Positions 37,476 to 46,485 of a stretch of DNA of 64,000 bases are shown here, piece by piece. Each line of letters begins with the position of its first letter. Position 1 is the first letter of the stretch. The notes under the pieces are model-generated. The model was not told where the DNA came from, did no database searches, and saw nothing but the letters and a program-made list of their open reading frames with translations. Source of the stretch: Planctomycetota bacterium (GTDB lineage: Bacteria > Planctomycetota > B15-G4 > JADJEK01); NCBI GenBank assembly GCA_044225365.1, contig JBGAIQ010000007.1:102329-166328 (forward strand), read 5' to 3'. The position numbers and the translations under genes are program-made.

Positions 37476-38822
37476 TCAATGCGCCTTCAGAGCGAGCAGA
37501 GTGACGTCGTCGTTCACGCTCTTGATGTCGGTGAAATCGACCGCGTCGGCATGCACTCGTCGAATGAGCTCCTTCGAGGGCAACTCGAGGTGGCGTCGGA
37601 TCGACGCGAGCAGGCGATCGCGGCCGAAGTAGTCGTCGCCGCGACGAGCTTCGAGGATCCCGTCCGTCATGAGGACGAGGACGTCCCCCGAACGCATCTC
37701 GACGGGACCGTGTTGCGAATACTCGACTCCCGACTCGAAGCCGAGCGCGAGGTCCTTGCCACGCAGGTCGATGATCTCCGTTCCCTTGTTCCGCAGGAGG
37801 AACGGCGGCGGGTGGCCCGCGTTGCCGTAGACGAACGATTTCGTGCGAGGGTCGAGCACGAGCAGGAACATCGACATGTAGTGCTCGCCGCCCGTGTCCT
37901 CGTTGAACCGATCGCTCATGCGCGCGAGTACGTGATCGATCCGGAAGTTCACGTCGGCGAACGACCGGAGGACCGCTCGCGCCGAGCTCATGAGGAGTGC
38001 GGGACCGAGTCCGTGCCCTGCGACGTCGCCGATCGCGATCACGAACCGATCGTCGGGCAGCCTAACGATGTCGTAGTAATCACCGAGCGCCTCTTCCGCG
38101 GGCGCGGACCAACCCGCGACGTCGAATGCGGGGATCGAGAGCGAGGTCTTGGGGAGCAGGCCCTCTTGGATCCGTCGCGCGATCATCATCTGCTCGCGCG
38201 CGCGCTCGCCCTCGACCATGCGCTTCACGAGCCGGGAGTTCTCGACCGCGATCGCGAGCGAGGCCGCTAGCGCGTCGAAGAATCGCAGATCGGCGCGCGA
38301 GAATTCGCGATGCGACGCGCGCGAATCGACGTAGATCACACCGATGCGCTTGTCCTTCACCCGCAGACAGACGCACATCGCTGCGCGCAACTTCATGTCG
38401 ACGATCGACTGGGAGAGATCCTGCTGCTCGTGCGACGTGACCTGGACGACGAGGGGCTCTCCGTCGGTCGCGACCTGTTTCGTGATCGACTTCGAGTACT
38501 GATACGGCTGCGCGAGGTTTCGCCCCACGTTGTCGCGCGCGACCTTCACGAGGAGCTTCGTCGGATCGTTCTCGTCGAAGAGGAACAAGAAGCCACGTTC
38601 GGCGCCGATCAGTCGAATCGCATTGTCGACGATGGAGCTGAGGAGCGTCTCGTTGTCGGTCGTCGAGATCAATTCCGCGATGGTCTCGAGCAGGATCTTC
38701 ACCTTCTTCGCATCGATGGAAGATCCCAGCGACGAGAAGGACGTGCTCTCGTCGCGTTCGTGCGCCTTCGGATCGGAATCGTCCCCGCCCGAAGCGACCT
38801 TTTTTCGACCAAACAAAGCCAT
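37476..38822 (-). CDS. GAF domain plus SpoIIE/RsbU-type PP2C phosphatase
   Basis: AERGFLFL...GVIYVDS GAF; ARRIQEGLLP, GDYYD, GDVAGHG, NAGH, MTDGILE, DDVT. Confidence 0.93.
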   Translation of the reverse strand: MALFGRKKVASGGDDSDPKAHERDESTSFSSLGSSIDAKKVKILLETIAELISTTDNETLLSSIVDNAIRLIGAERGFLFLFDENDPTKLLVKVARDNVGRNLAQPYQYSKSITKQVATDGEPLVVQVTSHEQQDLSQSIVDMKLRAAMCVCLRVKDKRIGVIYVDSRASHREFSRADLRFFDALAASLAIAVENSRLVKRMVEGERAREQMMIARRIQEGLLPKTSLSIPAFDVAGWSAPAEEALGDYYDIVRLPDDRFVIAIGDVAGHGLGPALLMSSARAVLRSFADVNFRIDHVLARMSDRFNEDTGGEHYMSMFLLVLDPRTKSFVYGNAGHPPPFLLRNKGTEIIDLRGKDLALGFESGVEYSQHGPVEMRSGDVLVLMTDGILEARRGDDYFGRDRLLASIRRHLELPSKELIRRVHADAVDFTDIKSVNDDVTLLALKAH

Positions 38823-38890
38823 TTTGACCGCGGGATCAAATTACGTACTGCTTTGATGCTACGGCGGATTCGAGGCAGCCACAAGTGTCC

Positions 38891-38919
38891 TTGACGCTCC
38901 GCATCGGTATGGGCAGAAT
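38891..38919 (+). promoter_or_regulatory. sigma70 promoter of STAS gene
   Basis: TTGACG-N17-CAGAAT. Confidence 0.6.
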
Positions 38920-38997
38920 CGCCGACCGATCCGATCCCAAGAGTCCGAAGGTCACGGTCTCGGCCGAATCGAGATACCGCCGATCCGGAGAAGTCGC

Positions 38998-39711
38998 ATG
39001 AAATTCGACCGGGACATCCACGGCCCCATCGCGGTGCTCACCCTGCGCGGCGAGTTCGACTCCTTCGTCGTCAACAACTACCTCGAGGAAGTCGAGGGGC
39101 TCACGGTCTCGGGGATCCGGAATCTCGTCCTCGACATGCGCAACGTCAAGTTCATCATGAGCACGGCGATCGGCGCGATCGTCAAGTCCCGCAAGATGAT
39201 GAAGGAACTGGGCGGGGATCTCGTCATCGCCCAGCCTTCCGGATTCGTTCGCGACGTCTTGGAGAGTCTCGGCCTCACCCGCGTCATCCGGATCTTCGAC
39301 AACAACGAATCCTCGATCGCGGCGCTCGGGGCGGAGCCCACGGGTGACTTCCCCTCGGGCAATTCGGCGTTGCTCCATTTCACCGACGCCGACCTGCAGA
39401 AGCGCCTCGGGCGACCCGCGGTCGGGCGCATCCTCGAACTCACGGATCAGGGATTGCAGATTCGCGTCGCGATCCCCGCTGATCAATTCCAGTCCGGCAC
39501 CGAAGTGCGCGCGAAGTTCCGCCTGCCGCTGTTCAAGCGCTCGTACTACTTCGAGATCCCGTCGCGCATCACCGAGATCGGCGCCGATCCGGAGGGCTCG
39601 AAGTTGCGCGTCCGCTTCGAGAAGATCGAGAACGCCGATCGCGAATCGATTCGTCAGTTCCTCTCCGACCTGAACTTCCTGCGCAACGTCGCGAAGAATC
39701 CCGACGCCTGA
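38998..39711 (+). CDS. STAS anti-sigma-factor antagonist fused to PilZ-like domain
   Basis: LRGEFD, LVLDMRNVKFIMSTAIG, VRDVLESLGL STAS; C-terminal GRILELTDQGLQI...VRFEKI...RESIRQF PilZ-like. Confidence 0.8.
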   Translation: MKFDRDIHGPIAVLTLRGEFDSFVVNNYLEEVEGLTVSGIRNLVLDMRNVKFIMSTAIGAIVKSRKMMKELGGDLVIAQPSGFVRDVLESLGLTRVIRIFDNNESSIAALGAEPTGDFPSGNSALLHFTDADLQKRLGRPAVGRILELTDQGLQIRVAIPADQFQSGTEVRAKFRLPLFKRSYYFEIPSRITEIGADPEGSKLRVRFEKIENADRESIRQFLSDLNFLRNVAKNPDA

Positions 39712-39722
39712 ACCCGCTTGCG

Positions 39723-39777
39723 GGAGCGCCGGGCTCCGCCCGGCATGAATCAGGAGCCGGGCAGAGCCCGGCGGTCC
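39723..39777. repeat. REP/REPIN-like inverted doublet, copy 1
   Basis: GGAGCGCCGGGCTCCGCCCGGC-N11-GCCGGGCAGAGCCCGGCGGTCC; each arm is itself a hairpin. Confidence 0.75.
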
Positions 39778-39963
39778 GAGGAAGACAGAATCGTGCTGCG
39801 CGGGAAACAAGGCGCCCCATCCCGCAGATGCCGCTGAAGCACGCGTCCGACATCTTCGTCATCGAGCGCGCGCCCGCCGTGAACTAGAGTCGGCGTAATC
39901 CCCTATTCCTTCACTCAGGTCGTGGGCGGCCGACCACGCTCGTCACGAAGTAGGAGCGATTCG

Positions 39964-40995
39964 ATGGCAATGCGCAACGCCCTGGCAATCTCGTTCGTCG
40001 CCCTTTCCATCCCCCTCGCGACCGCATCGCCGACCGACGACGTCGCGAAGAATCACGAATCCGGCACCGGATACACGCTGCAAAGGAAGATCTCGCTCGG
40101 CGGCGAAGGGCGCTGGGACTACGTCCTCGTCGACTCCGACGCGAATCGCATCTACGTCCCGCGTTCGACTCGCGTGAGCGTGATCGACCTCACCACCGAC
40201 AAGGTGATCGGCGAGATCCCCGACACGCCCGGCGTGCACGGCGTCGCGCTCGTATCGGAACTCGGACTCGGATTCGCGAGCAACGGGAAGGACGCATCGG
40301 TGACCGTGTTCGACCTGAAGTCGCTGAAGAGCGTCGAGAAAGTGAAGGTCGGAGAGAATCCCGACGCGATCGTCTACGACGCGGCGAGCCGGCAGGTCTT
40401 CGCCTTCAACGGCCGCGGCAAGAGCGCGACCGCGATCGCGATCGAGCCGGTGGACGGCAAGCCTCGGGCAACGAAAACGGTCGATCTCGGCGGCAAGCCA
40501 GAGTTCGCGGTCGCCGACGGGCAGGGACACGTCTACGTCAACATCGAGGACACCAGCGAGATCGTTGCGCTCGATAGCAAGAAGGTGTCGATCCTGAATC
40601 GCTGGTCGATCGCGCCCGGCGAATCGGCATCCGGTCTCGCGATGGACCTGAAGACGCGTCGCCTGTTCGCGGTCTGCGAGAACCAGAAGATGGTCGTGCT
40701 CGACGCCGACAGCGGCAAGGTGCTCGCCACTCCTTCGATCGGCAAGGGCCCCGACGCCTGCGCCTTCGACCCCGCGACCGGCTTTGCGTTCTCCTCCAAC
40801 GGCGAGGGCTCGCTCACGATCGTCCACGAGAAGAGCGCAACGGAGTTCGAAGTCGTCGAGACCGTTCCGACGCAGAAGGGCGCGCGAACGATGGCGCTCG
40901 ACGCAAAGACGCACACGCTCTACCTCCCGACGATCGAGCCCGACAAGGCCTTCGTGCTCCTCGTCGTCGCGCCGGGGAGCCACGCGAAGCAGTGA
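39964..40995 (+). CDS. YncE/YVTN-type secreted beta-propeller protein
   Basis: Signal peptide; GEGRWDY, GVHGVAL, GENPDAI, GGKPEFA, GARTMALD repeats; AGGAG SD. Confidence 0.88.
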   Translation: MAMRNALAISFVALSIPLATASPTDDVAKNHESGTGYTLQRKISLGGEGRWDYVLVDSDANRIYVPRSTRVSVIDLTTDKVIGEIPDTPGVHGVALVSELGLGFASNGKDASVTVFDLKSLKSVEKVKVGENPDAIVYDAASRQVFAFNGRGKSATAIAIEPVDGKPRATKTVDLGGKPEFAVADGQGHVYVNIEDTSEIVALDSKKVSILNRWSIAPGESASGLAMDLKTRRLFAVCENQKMVVLDADSGKVLATPSIGKGPDACAFDPATGFAFSSNGEGSLTIVHEKSATEFEVVETVPTQKGARTMALDAKTHTLYLPTIEPDKAFVLLVVAPGSHAKQ

Positions 40996-41020
40996 TTTCC
41001 TCGCCACCTCGCGCTGTTCC

Positions 41021-41827
41021 GTGCGTCATGCACTCGTGCGATTCTCTTTCTCTCCTTCGTCGATCCTCTCTCGCCTGAAACTCGCGGGAGCTCGAGGATG
41101 CCAGGATCTTCTCGAGCTCGTATTCCCGAATCCGTGTCTCGCGTGCGAGGTCGAGCTCTCGTTCTCCGCTCCGCCGCTCTGTCCGACCTGCCGATCGACC
41201 CTCGTCCCGATCGGACTCGATTCTTGTCGGCGCTGTGGTGGCGAACCCGCATTGCACGGAATCCGTGGGACACCGTCGCGCCCGCTTGGGATGCGTTCCT
41301 GTCGGCGATGCCGGGGGCGTCGTTTCGCGTTCCGCGCCGGGGTGGCGGGTCTGCGTTACGGCGGAACCGTCCGCACGCTCGTCCATCGCGCGAAGTTCCA
41401 CGAGCGGCGTGACGCCATCGACCTCCTCGCGGCTCCGCTCGTCCATGCGATTCGCGCGCGTCGCGAGTTCGACCGCGTCGAATGCGTCGTGCCCGTCCCG
41501 CTGCACCCCTTGCGACGATTTCGGCGCGGCTTCGATCAGGCCGAGATCCTCGCGCGCTTCGTTGCACGCGAACTCGATCTTCCCGTGATCACGGGTGCGC
41601 TGCGGCGGCGCCGCCTCAATGCGCCTCAATCGCTCACAGCGAGTGGAGCGAAGGGTCGAAACGTCGCAAACGCCTTTCGTCCCGGCCGTCGCCTCGACGC
41701 GATCGCGCGGCGCACCGTTCTGCTCGTCGACGACGTGTTGACGACCGGTTCGACCGCGGATGCCGCCGCATCGGCGCTGCTCCAAGGCGGAGCACGACGC
41801 GTCTTGCTCGGAGTGGCCGCGACCTGA
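41021..41827 (+). CDS. comF: ComF family protein (double zinc ribbon plus PRTase)
   Basis: FPNPCLAC, CPTC, CRRC twice, PVPLH..R..RRGFDQA, VLLVDDVLTTGSTA; start uncertain. Confidence 0.88.
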   Translation: MRHALVRFSFSPSSILSRLKLAGARGCQDLLELVFPNPCLACEVELSFSAPPLCPTCRSTLVPIGLDSCRRCGGEPALHGIRGTPSRPLGMRSCRRCRGRRFAFRAGVAGLRYGGTVRTLVHRAKFHERRDAIDLLAAPLVHAIRARREFDRVECVVPVPLHPLRRFRRGFDQAEILARFVARELDLPVITGALRRRRLNAPQSLTASGAKGRNVANAFRPGRRLDAIARRTVLLVDDVLTTGSTADAAASALLQGGARRVLLGVAAT

Positions 41828-41845
41828 GGATCCGCGGACCGTTCC

Positions 41846-42505
41846 TCACATCATTCGCGGGGGCGTCGCCGGGTGCGGGAGAGTCGAGCGAGACTCGGGC
41901 GGCGGCGTCAATGTGCGAGCGCGAATGCCCGAGGCGGAGTCCGGGCCCTTCTCCGGCTTCGGCAGCGGTCCGACGATCTCGAGCGCTTTGCGAACGCGCT
42001 CCATGTAGTCGGCGACCGAGTCCTCCTTGCGATGCTCGACTCCCAGGATCTCGCCGACCTCGCGCAGGGTCGAGGGGTACTTCTCGAGGGCCCAAGCGTG
42101 CTCGCGGAAGAAATCGATGAGCAGCCGCTTGAACGTCCACTTGGTCCAGAAGATCTGGCAGATCTTGAGGACGAGCGTGACGACGAGCATCGAGACGATG
42201 AGGATCGCGGCGATCGACAGCACCGACGGATCGGAGAAGAAGCTATCGCGCTCCAGGGTGTTCTCGCCGATGTGATCGGCGAGCAGCAAGAAGTAGCCGG
42301 AGATCAGGAAGACGAAGCCGATGACGAGCTGGACCTGGCTCATCACATGATTGCGGATCGACGAGAGCGGGCGACGCTTGTCGATCCCGAAGTAGTCGAA
42401 GAGGAAGCGCCGCGGCCGCTTGAAGACGAGGCTGTTGACGATGAAGAACGCGCCGACGATGTTCAGGGTGTGCCCGATGACTTGCCAGTCGAGGAAGTCG
42501 TTCAT
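41846..42505 (-). CDS. hypothetical membrane protein (about 3 TM)
   Basis: Three hydrophobic segments, strong coding bias, GGAGG SD. Confidence 0.8.
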   Translation of the reverse strand: MNDFLDWQVIGHTLNIVGAFFIVNSLVFKRPRRFLFDYFGIDKRRPLSSIRNHVMSQVQLVIGFVFLISGYFLLLADHIGENTLERDSFFSDPSVLSIAAILIVSMLVVTLVLKICQIFWTKWTFKRLLIDFFREHAWALEKYPSTLREVGEILGVEHRKEDSVADYMERVRKALEIVGPLPKPEKGPDSASGIRARTLTPPPESRSTLPHPATPPRMM

Positions 42506-42675
42506 CTGCGGTTCTCTTGCCTCCCAAACGGAGTTTCCGGGCCGTTTCTGCGGCGTCGAGGAATGCCTCGTATCCGCGAAGGAAAGCGGTCGGTCGATCG
42601 AGCCATGTTACCGGTTTTCGAGGATCCCGAGCAAGGAACTTGGGCTCGATCCCATCTCGCGGGCGCCCGCCTTCG

Positions 42676-42987
42676 TCATGCAGCAACCCGGCTCTCGAAC
42701 CGTTGCTGCAGCTTGATCGCGATGCAGAACGCGAGGATCGAAAGGTCGAGCTTCGCGCAGATTCGAAGCACCGAACGATCCGAGAAGAACTCCTCGCGAC
42801 TCAGGTCGTGTGTCCCCGCGATGGACAAGACCACGACATGCGATCCCAGCAGAATCGCACCCCATGAAACATAGAACAGTGCCGTCGCCCACCGCCGATC
42901 ACTCTTGCGAGTCGCCGCGACGCCCGCCCACCCGAGCGCGAAGAGCAGCAAGGCGGCGATGACGTCGTAGTCCAGTTCGTCGTTCAT
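42676..42987 (-). CDS. small membrane protein, diverged paralog of 41846..42505
   Basis: MNDELDYDVI vs MNDFLDWQVI; LSREEFFSDRSVLRI vs LERDSFFSDPSVLSI; GGGAG SD. Confidence 0.7.
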   Translation of the reverse strand: MNDELDYDVIAALLLFALGWAGVAATRKSDRRWATALFYVSWGAILLGSHVVVLSIAGTHDLSREEFFSDRSVLRICAKLDLSILAFCIAIKLQQRFESRVAA

Positions 42988-43084
42988 GGGACTCCCTTCG
43001 ATCGAGGAGACCATCGTATCCGCGACGCCTCCGAACCACCAAGGCGCTTGAGCGTGCGCGCTGCTTGCGATACGGTCCCCCCCG

Positions 43085-43426
43085 ATGAATCCTCCACCGT
43101 CGAGTTCCGCTCCATCCGCAGCGATCGACCTTTCTCGCATCGCTCGTCTCGCGCGACTGCGCGTGAGCGACGCGCACGCGACGGCGCTCTCTACCGACAT
43201 GGCGCGAATCGTGGCGCAATTCCAAAGTCTGCGCGACGCTCCGGCTGGCCCTGCGGCGAGCGAGGATCCACGAGCGTCCGGCGCGGTCGGCATCGATTCG
43301 CTTCGACCCGATCGCAGGGACGTCGCGACGAGCGACGTTCCTCGCGACGCGATCCGCAACGCGATCCTGGACAACGCGGTCGCCCTCGATCACGATTCGT
43401 TCGTCGTTCCCCGCGTGATCGAATGA
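43085..43426 (+). CDS. gatC: Asp/Glu-tRNA amidotransferase subunit C
   Basis: IARLARL, LRPD, NA, FVVPRVIE; ATGA overlap with gatA. Confidence 0.88.
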   Translation: MNPPPSSSAPSAAIDLSRIARLARLRVSDAHATALSTDMARIVAQFQSLRDAPAGPAASEDPRASGAVGIDSLRPDRRDVATSDVPRDAIRNAILDNAVALDHDSFVVPRVIE

Positions 43427-44934
43427 CGAGCGAGCGAGGCGTGACCGCGAGCACTCTCGCTGCGCGCTGTCGCCGCGGAGAGTCGAGCGTCGAGGCGGTC
43501 GTCACGGATCATCTCGAGAGGATCGCCGCGCGAGATCGCGACGTTCGCGCGTTCCTCCGGATCGAGAGCGAGTCTGCGCTCGCCCGTGCGCGCGCACTCG
43601 ACGCGGCGAAGCGCGCACGTGACCCGATCGCGAACGCGTCGTTGTTCGGCGTCCCCATCGCGCTGAAGGACAATCTCTGTCTCCGGGGCAGCGTCACGAC
43701 GGCGGGATCGCGGATCCTCGAGGGTTGGCGCGCGCCCTACGACGCGCACGTCGTCGAGCGACTCCATTCCGCGGGCGCCGTCATCGTCGGCAAGACGAAC
43801 CTCGACGAATTCGCGATGGGATCGTCGACGGAACACTCGGCGTTCCACGCCACTCGGAATCCGTGGGATCTCGAGCGAGTGCCGGGCGGGTCTTCCGGCG
43901 GCTCGGCGGCGGCCGTCGCCGCCGGCATGACGCCGCTCGCACTCGGTTCCGACACCGGGGGCTCGATTCGCCAACCCGCGGCGTTCTGCGGCGTCGTCGG
44001 TTTCAAGCCGACCTACGGTCGAGTCTCGCGCTACGGCCTCATCGCGTTCGCCTCGTCGCTCGATCAGATCGGGCCGATCGGAACGCGCGTCGACGACGTC
44101 GCACTCGCCTACTCCGCGATCGCGGGCCACGATCCGAAGGACGCGACGAGTCTTCGCGCGCCCCTCGATGCGGAGTTCGATCCCCCCGCCGATTCGTCTC
44201 GACGCCGGCAGGTCCTCTCCGGACTGCGCGTCGGGGTTCATCGCGACTACGTGGACGCGCTCACCGATCCCGAGATGAAGCGCGCGGTTCTCGATGCGTT
44301 GGCTCGACTCGCGAGCGCGGGGGCGTCGCTCGTGCGCGTCGATGACGTCGATCTGCTCACCGAGCACGCGCTCGCGGTCTACTACGTGATCGCTACGTCC
44401 GAAGCTTCGTCGAACCTCGCGCGATTCGACGGGATGCGCTACGGACCGCGCGAACTCGAGAACGATCTCCTTGCCACGTATTCCGAGACCCGGGGGAAAC
44501 GATTCGGCGAGGAGGTTGCGCGCCGCATCGTGCTCGGGACGTTCGCTCTCTCCGCCGGTCATCGGGACGCGTGGTACCAGCGCGCTCTCGACGTGCGCGC
44601 CGCGCTTCGCGCCGCGTACGCCGCCGCGTTCTCGCGCGTCGACGTCCTGATCGGCGCCGTGTCGCCCATCAGCGCATTTCCGCTCGGAGCGAACGTGCAA
44701 GACCCGCTCACGATGTACCTGTGCGACACGCTCACCGTTCCGGCGTCGCTCGCCGGATTGCCTGCGCTATCGGTCCCGATCGGACTGACGCAGGCCGGAC
44801 TGCCGATCGGTGTGCAGGTGATCGGTCCATGTCTCGCGGATGAAAGGGTCCTCGCCGTCGGCGCCGCTCTGGAATCGCTCTTCGATTTCGCCGGCCGGAT
44901 CGCTCCTCCGGCGACATTGGGAGCGAGCGCGTGA
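43423..44934 (+). CDS. gatA: Asp/Glu-tRNA amidotransferase subunit A
   Basis: LKDN, GKTNLDEFAMGSSTE, PGGSSGGSAA, GSDTGGSIRQPA, SNLARFDG. Confidence 0.96.
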   Translation: MTSERGVTASTLAARCRRGESSVEAVVTDHLERIAARDRDVRAFLRIESESALARARALDAAKRARDPIANASLFGVPIALKDNLCLRGSVTTAGSRILEGWRAPYDAHVVERLHSAGAVIVGKTNLDEFAMGSSTEHSAFHATRNPWDLERVPGGSSGGSAAAVAAGMTPLALGSDTGGSIRQPAAFCGVVGFKPTYGRVSRYGLIAFASSLDQIGPIGTRVDDVALAYSAIAGHDPKDATSLRAPLDAEFDPPADSSRRRQVLSGLRVGVHRDYVDALTDPEMKRAVLDALARLASAGASLVRVDDVDLLTEHALAVYYVIATSEASSNLARFDGMRYGPRELENDLLATYSETRGKRFGEEVARRIVLGTFALSAGHRDAWYQRALDVRAALRAAYAAAFSRVDVLIGAVSPISAFPLGANVQDPLTMYLCDTLTVPASLAGLPALSVPIGLTQAGLPIGVQVIGPCLADERVLAVGAALESLFDFAGRIAPPATLGASA

Positions 44935-46391
44935 TGCACTCCCCGTACGAAACGGTGATCGGCCTCGAGGTGCACGTCCAACTCGCAACCGCGACGAAGC
45001 TCTTCTGCGGGTGCGCGAATGATTTCGGCGCCCCGCCGAATACCCACATCTGCCCGGTGTGCACGGGGCAGCCCGGAGCACTCCCCGCTCCCAACTCCGA
45101 AGCGATCCGACTCGCGATCACGGCCGGCCTCGCTCTTCATTGCGAGATCGCCGCGATCATGCAGTTCGATCGCAAGAACTACTTCTACCCCGACCTTCCG
45201 AAGGGATACCAGATCACGCAACTCGGGCGGCCGGTGAACGGCGCGGGTTCCATCGAGATCGAGTCGGACGACGGCGCAATGCGCCACATCGGCATCGCCC
45301 GAGCGCACCTCGAAGAGGACGCCGGCAAGACCCAACATCCCGCGGGAGCCGCTCACTCTCTCGTCGACTTCAATCGCGCCGGGGTCCCGCTCCTCGAGAT
45401 CGTGTCGGCTCCCGACCTGCGGTCGCCGCAAGAAGCCCATCGCTATCTCGACGAGATCAAATTGCGACTGCGCTTTGCCCGCGTCTCCGAATGCGACATG
45501 GAGAAGGGTTCGTTGCGCTGCGACGCGAACATCTCGCTCCGCCCGGCCGGCGCAACGCGCTTCGGTACTCGCGTCGAGATCAAGAACCTGAATTCGTTCC
45601 GCAACGTCGAGCGCGCGCTCGAGCACGAGGCCGCGCGCCAGGCCGCGATCCTCGACGCGGGAGGCGCGGTCGAGCAGGAGACGCGATCGTGGCAGGTCGA
45701 CGCCGAACGCACGACGACCTTGCGCAAGAAGGAGGAAGCCGAGGACTACCGGTACTTCCCGGATCCCGATCTGCCGCCGATCGCCGTGCCCCAAGAGTTC
45801 GTAGCGTCCCTTCGTAGCTCGTTGCCGGAGATGCCGGACGAGAAGAAGGTGCGCTACGCCCGATCGCTCTCGTTGCCGGGCGCCACGATCGATTCGCTCG
45901 TGCAGGAGCGCGATGTGGCGGAGTACTTCGATCGCTGCATCGAGGCCATGAACACCGGTGAGAAAAGCGATCCCAGGACGATCGCGAATCTCGTGCTCGG
46001 CACCGCGCTCGCACTCGCCAACGAGCGCGGCGTCCCGCTCTCGCAACTTTCTCTCTCCCCGCGGGAGCTCGCAGCCGTTGCCGCGGCGATCGACGCCCGC
46101 AGGCTCTCCTCGCAGGCCGCACGCACGAAGCTGCTCCCCGCCTTGGTCGATTCGGGGAGATCGGCGGCGCAGCTCATGACCGAGCTCGGCCTCGAACAAG
46201 TATCGGACGCGAGCGAACTCGACCGCTTCATCGAGGCCGCGATCGCCTCGAATGCGAAGGCCGTCGCCGAGTTCCGCGCCGGCAAGGCGGCCGCCCTGAA
46301 TTCCCTCGTCGGCGCCGTGATGAAAGCAAGTCAGGGACGCGCGAATCCAAACCTCGTGCGCGAGCAACTGTCGAAGCGCCTCGGATCGTGA
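44934..46391 (+). CDS. gatB: Asp/Glu-tRNA amidotransferase subunit B
   Basis: IGLEVHVQL, RKNYFYPDLPKGYQITQ, HLEEDAGK, DYRYFPDPDLP. Confidence 0.97.
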   Translation: MHSPYETVIGLEVHVQLATATKLFCGCANDFGAPPNTHICPVCTGQPGALPAPNSEAIRLAITAGLALHCEIAAIMQFDRKNYFYPDLPKGYQITQLGRPVNGAGSIEIESDDGAMRHIGIARAHLEEDAGKTQHPAGAAHSLVDFNRAGVPLLEIVSAPDLRSPQEAHRYLDEIKLRLRFARVSECDMEKGSLRCDANISLRPAGATRFGTRVEIKNLNSFRNVERALEHEAARQAAILDAGGAVEQETRSWQVDAERTTTLRKKEEAEDYRYFPDPDLPPIAVPQEFVASLRSSLPEMPDEKKVRYARSLSLPGATIDSLVQERDVAEYFDRCIEAMNTGEKSDPRTIANLVLGTALALANERGVPLSQLSLSPRELAAVAAAIDARRLSSQAARTKLLPALVDSGRSAAQLMTELGLEQVSDASELDRFIEAAIASNAKAVAEFRAGKAAALNSLVGAVMKASQGRANPNLVREQLSKRLGS

Positions 46392-46401
46392 AGCTCTACA
46401 C

Positions 46402-46462
46402 GGACCGCCGGGCTCCGCCCGGCAACGATGAGCATAAGATGCCGGGCAGAGCCCGGCGGTCC
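46402..46462. repeat. REP/REPIN-like inverted doublet, copy 2
   Basis: GGACCGCCGGGCTCCGCCCGGC-N17-GCCGGGCAGAGCCCGGCGGTCC between convergent gatB and guaA; arms near-identical to copy 1. Confidence 0.78.
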
Positions 46463-46485
46463 AAGACGGCGGGCTCCGCTGCCCC

